64,000 nucleotides of DNA from Octopus sinensis (Eukaryota). Made by a program: the position numbers and the translations under genes. Location of the stretch: contig NC_043002.1 in assembly GCF_006345805.1 (NCBI RefSeq), positions 37,634,001 through 37,698,000 of the forward strand, written 5' to 3'. Below, piece after piece: positions 63,242-64,000 of this stretch. The notes beneath the pieces were generated by a model. It had not been told where the DNA came from. It made no database searches and saw only the letters and a program-made list of their open reading frames with translations. Within the stretch, counting starts at the first letter, position 1. The number at the start of each line of letters is the position of its first letter.

Positions 63242-64000
63242 TTTATACGTACGTACCTATATAAATATTTTAAAGCCATATTTATCAAATTCTTCACCAA
63301 TGGCGAAAGATCCGGTTTCTATTCTAGAAAGTAGATTTCTCATTGGATTTTAAACATCAACTAAGTAGCTGTGTATGCATGCTTACATGCACGTAAGAAT
63401 GTGTGAAAGGATGAAAGTGTACGTGTGAATACATACATATGTACATACATACGTATATATATATGTGTGTGTTTGTGTGTGCGCGCGTGCGTGTGTATGT
63501 ATGTATGTATGTGTGTGTGTGTGCATATATATAATTTTCTGCATTAGTGGGTATATATCAATTAGTGTGTTGAGCAAAGCACTTTCACTGTTTGGGCGAC
63601 CTGGTGTCATCCACATTTGGGGTATGTTTTTCCGTAGGATTTACTTCAGGAATTCCAATATGTAAGTGGAGATAATGATAATTGATGAAGGAAACGGAAG
63701 ATGGATTTGGCATCCAATTGCATCCAAGTGCATCCAATTGCGTTGCATCGATCAGTGCAGTCTGGGTCTCATCAGGTACATGCATACATAAAGTGGTGTC
63801 CTGCTAAATATACTGAGTTCTCGCAGGCATGTCATTGTTTACCCGCTCTATCCTCGTTATAACCAGTGAATGGGGCAAGCTACAATTGTCCTTAAATATT
63901 AGTCATAACAAAATAATCATAACGGACAGAGTCAAGACTATTGAAAAGGTTGCAAGGCGCAACGAAAATTTTAGGAAAATAAAATTATGAAATAAGTGGA

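Overview
Repeat-saturated, AT-rich eukaryotic DNA with no intact host protein-coding gene that I can recognise. The microsatellite density and SINE types look like a coleoid cephalopod, most likely Octopus; this is inferred from recalled repeat families, not a database search. Most ORFs in the supplied track are microsatellite translations. The window contains: a fairly young, 5'-truncated Penelope-like retroelement (RT + GIY-YIG, minus strand) enclosed by 231-bp inverted repeats; several R4/Dong-like (RLE-type) LINE fragments, mostly in or beside (AAT)n tracts; CR1/L2-like and RTE-like LINE fragments; a mariner remnant; two Tc1 copies; two Helitron-type elements; two MITE-like elements; and more than 20 tRNA-derived SINE copies from several modular families. 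The strongest hidden signals are RNA-structural. Each Penelope inverted repeat carries a complete minimal hammerhead ribozyme fold with a compensatory U3-A8 core, a solo canonical minimal hammerhead sits at 30490-30529, and there are decayed hammerhead-like motifs. Also notable are a ~520-bp non-coding element found beside (AAT)n tracts, head/tail swapping among SINEs, and SINE multimers with an identical junction. Family names come from motif recognition by eye, and boundaries of decayed elements are approximate.
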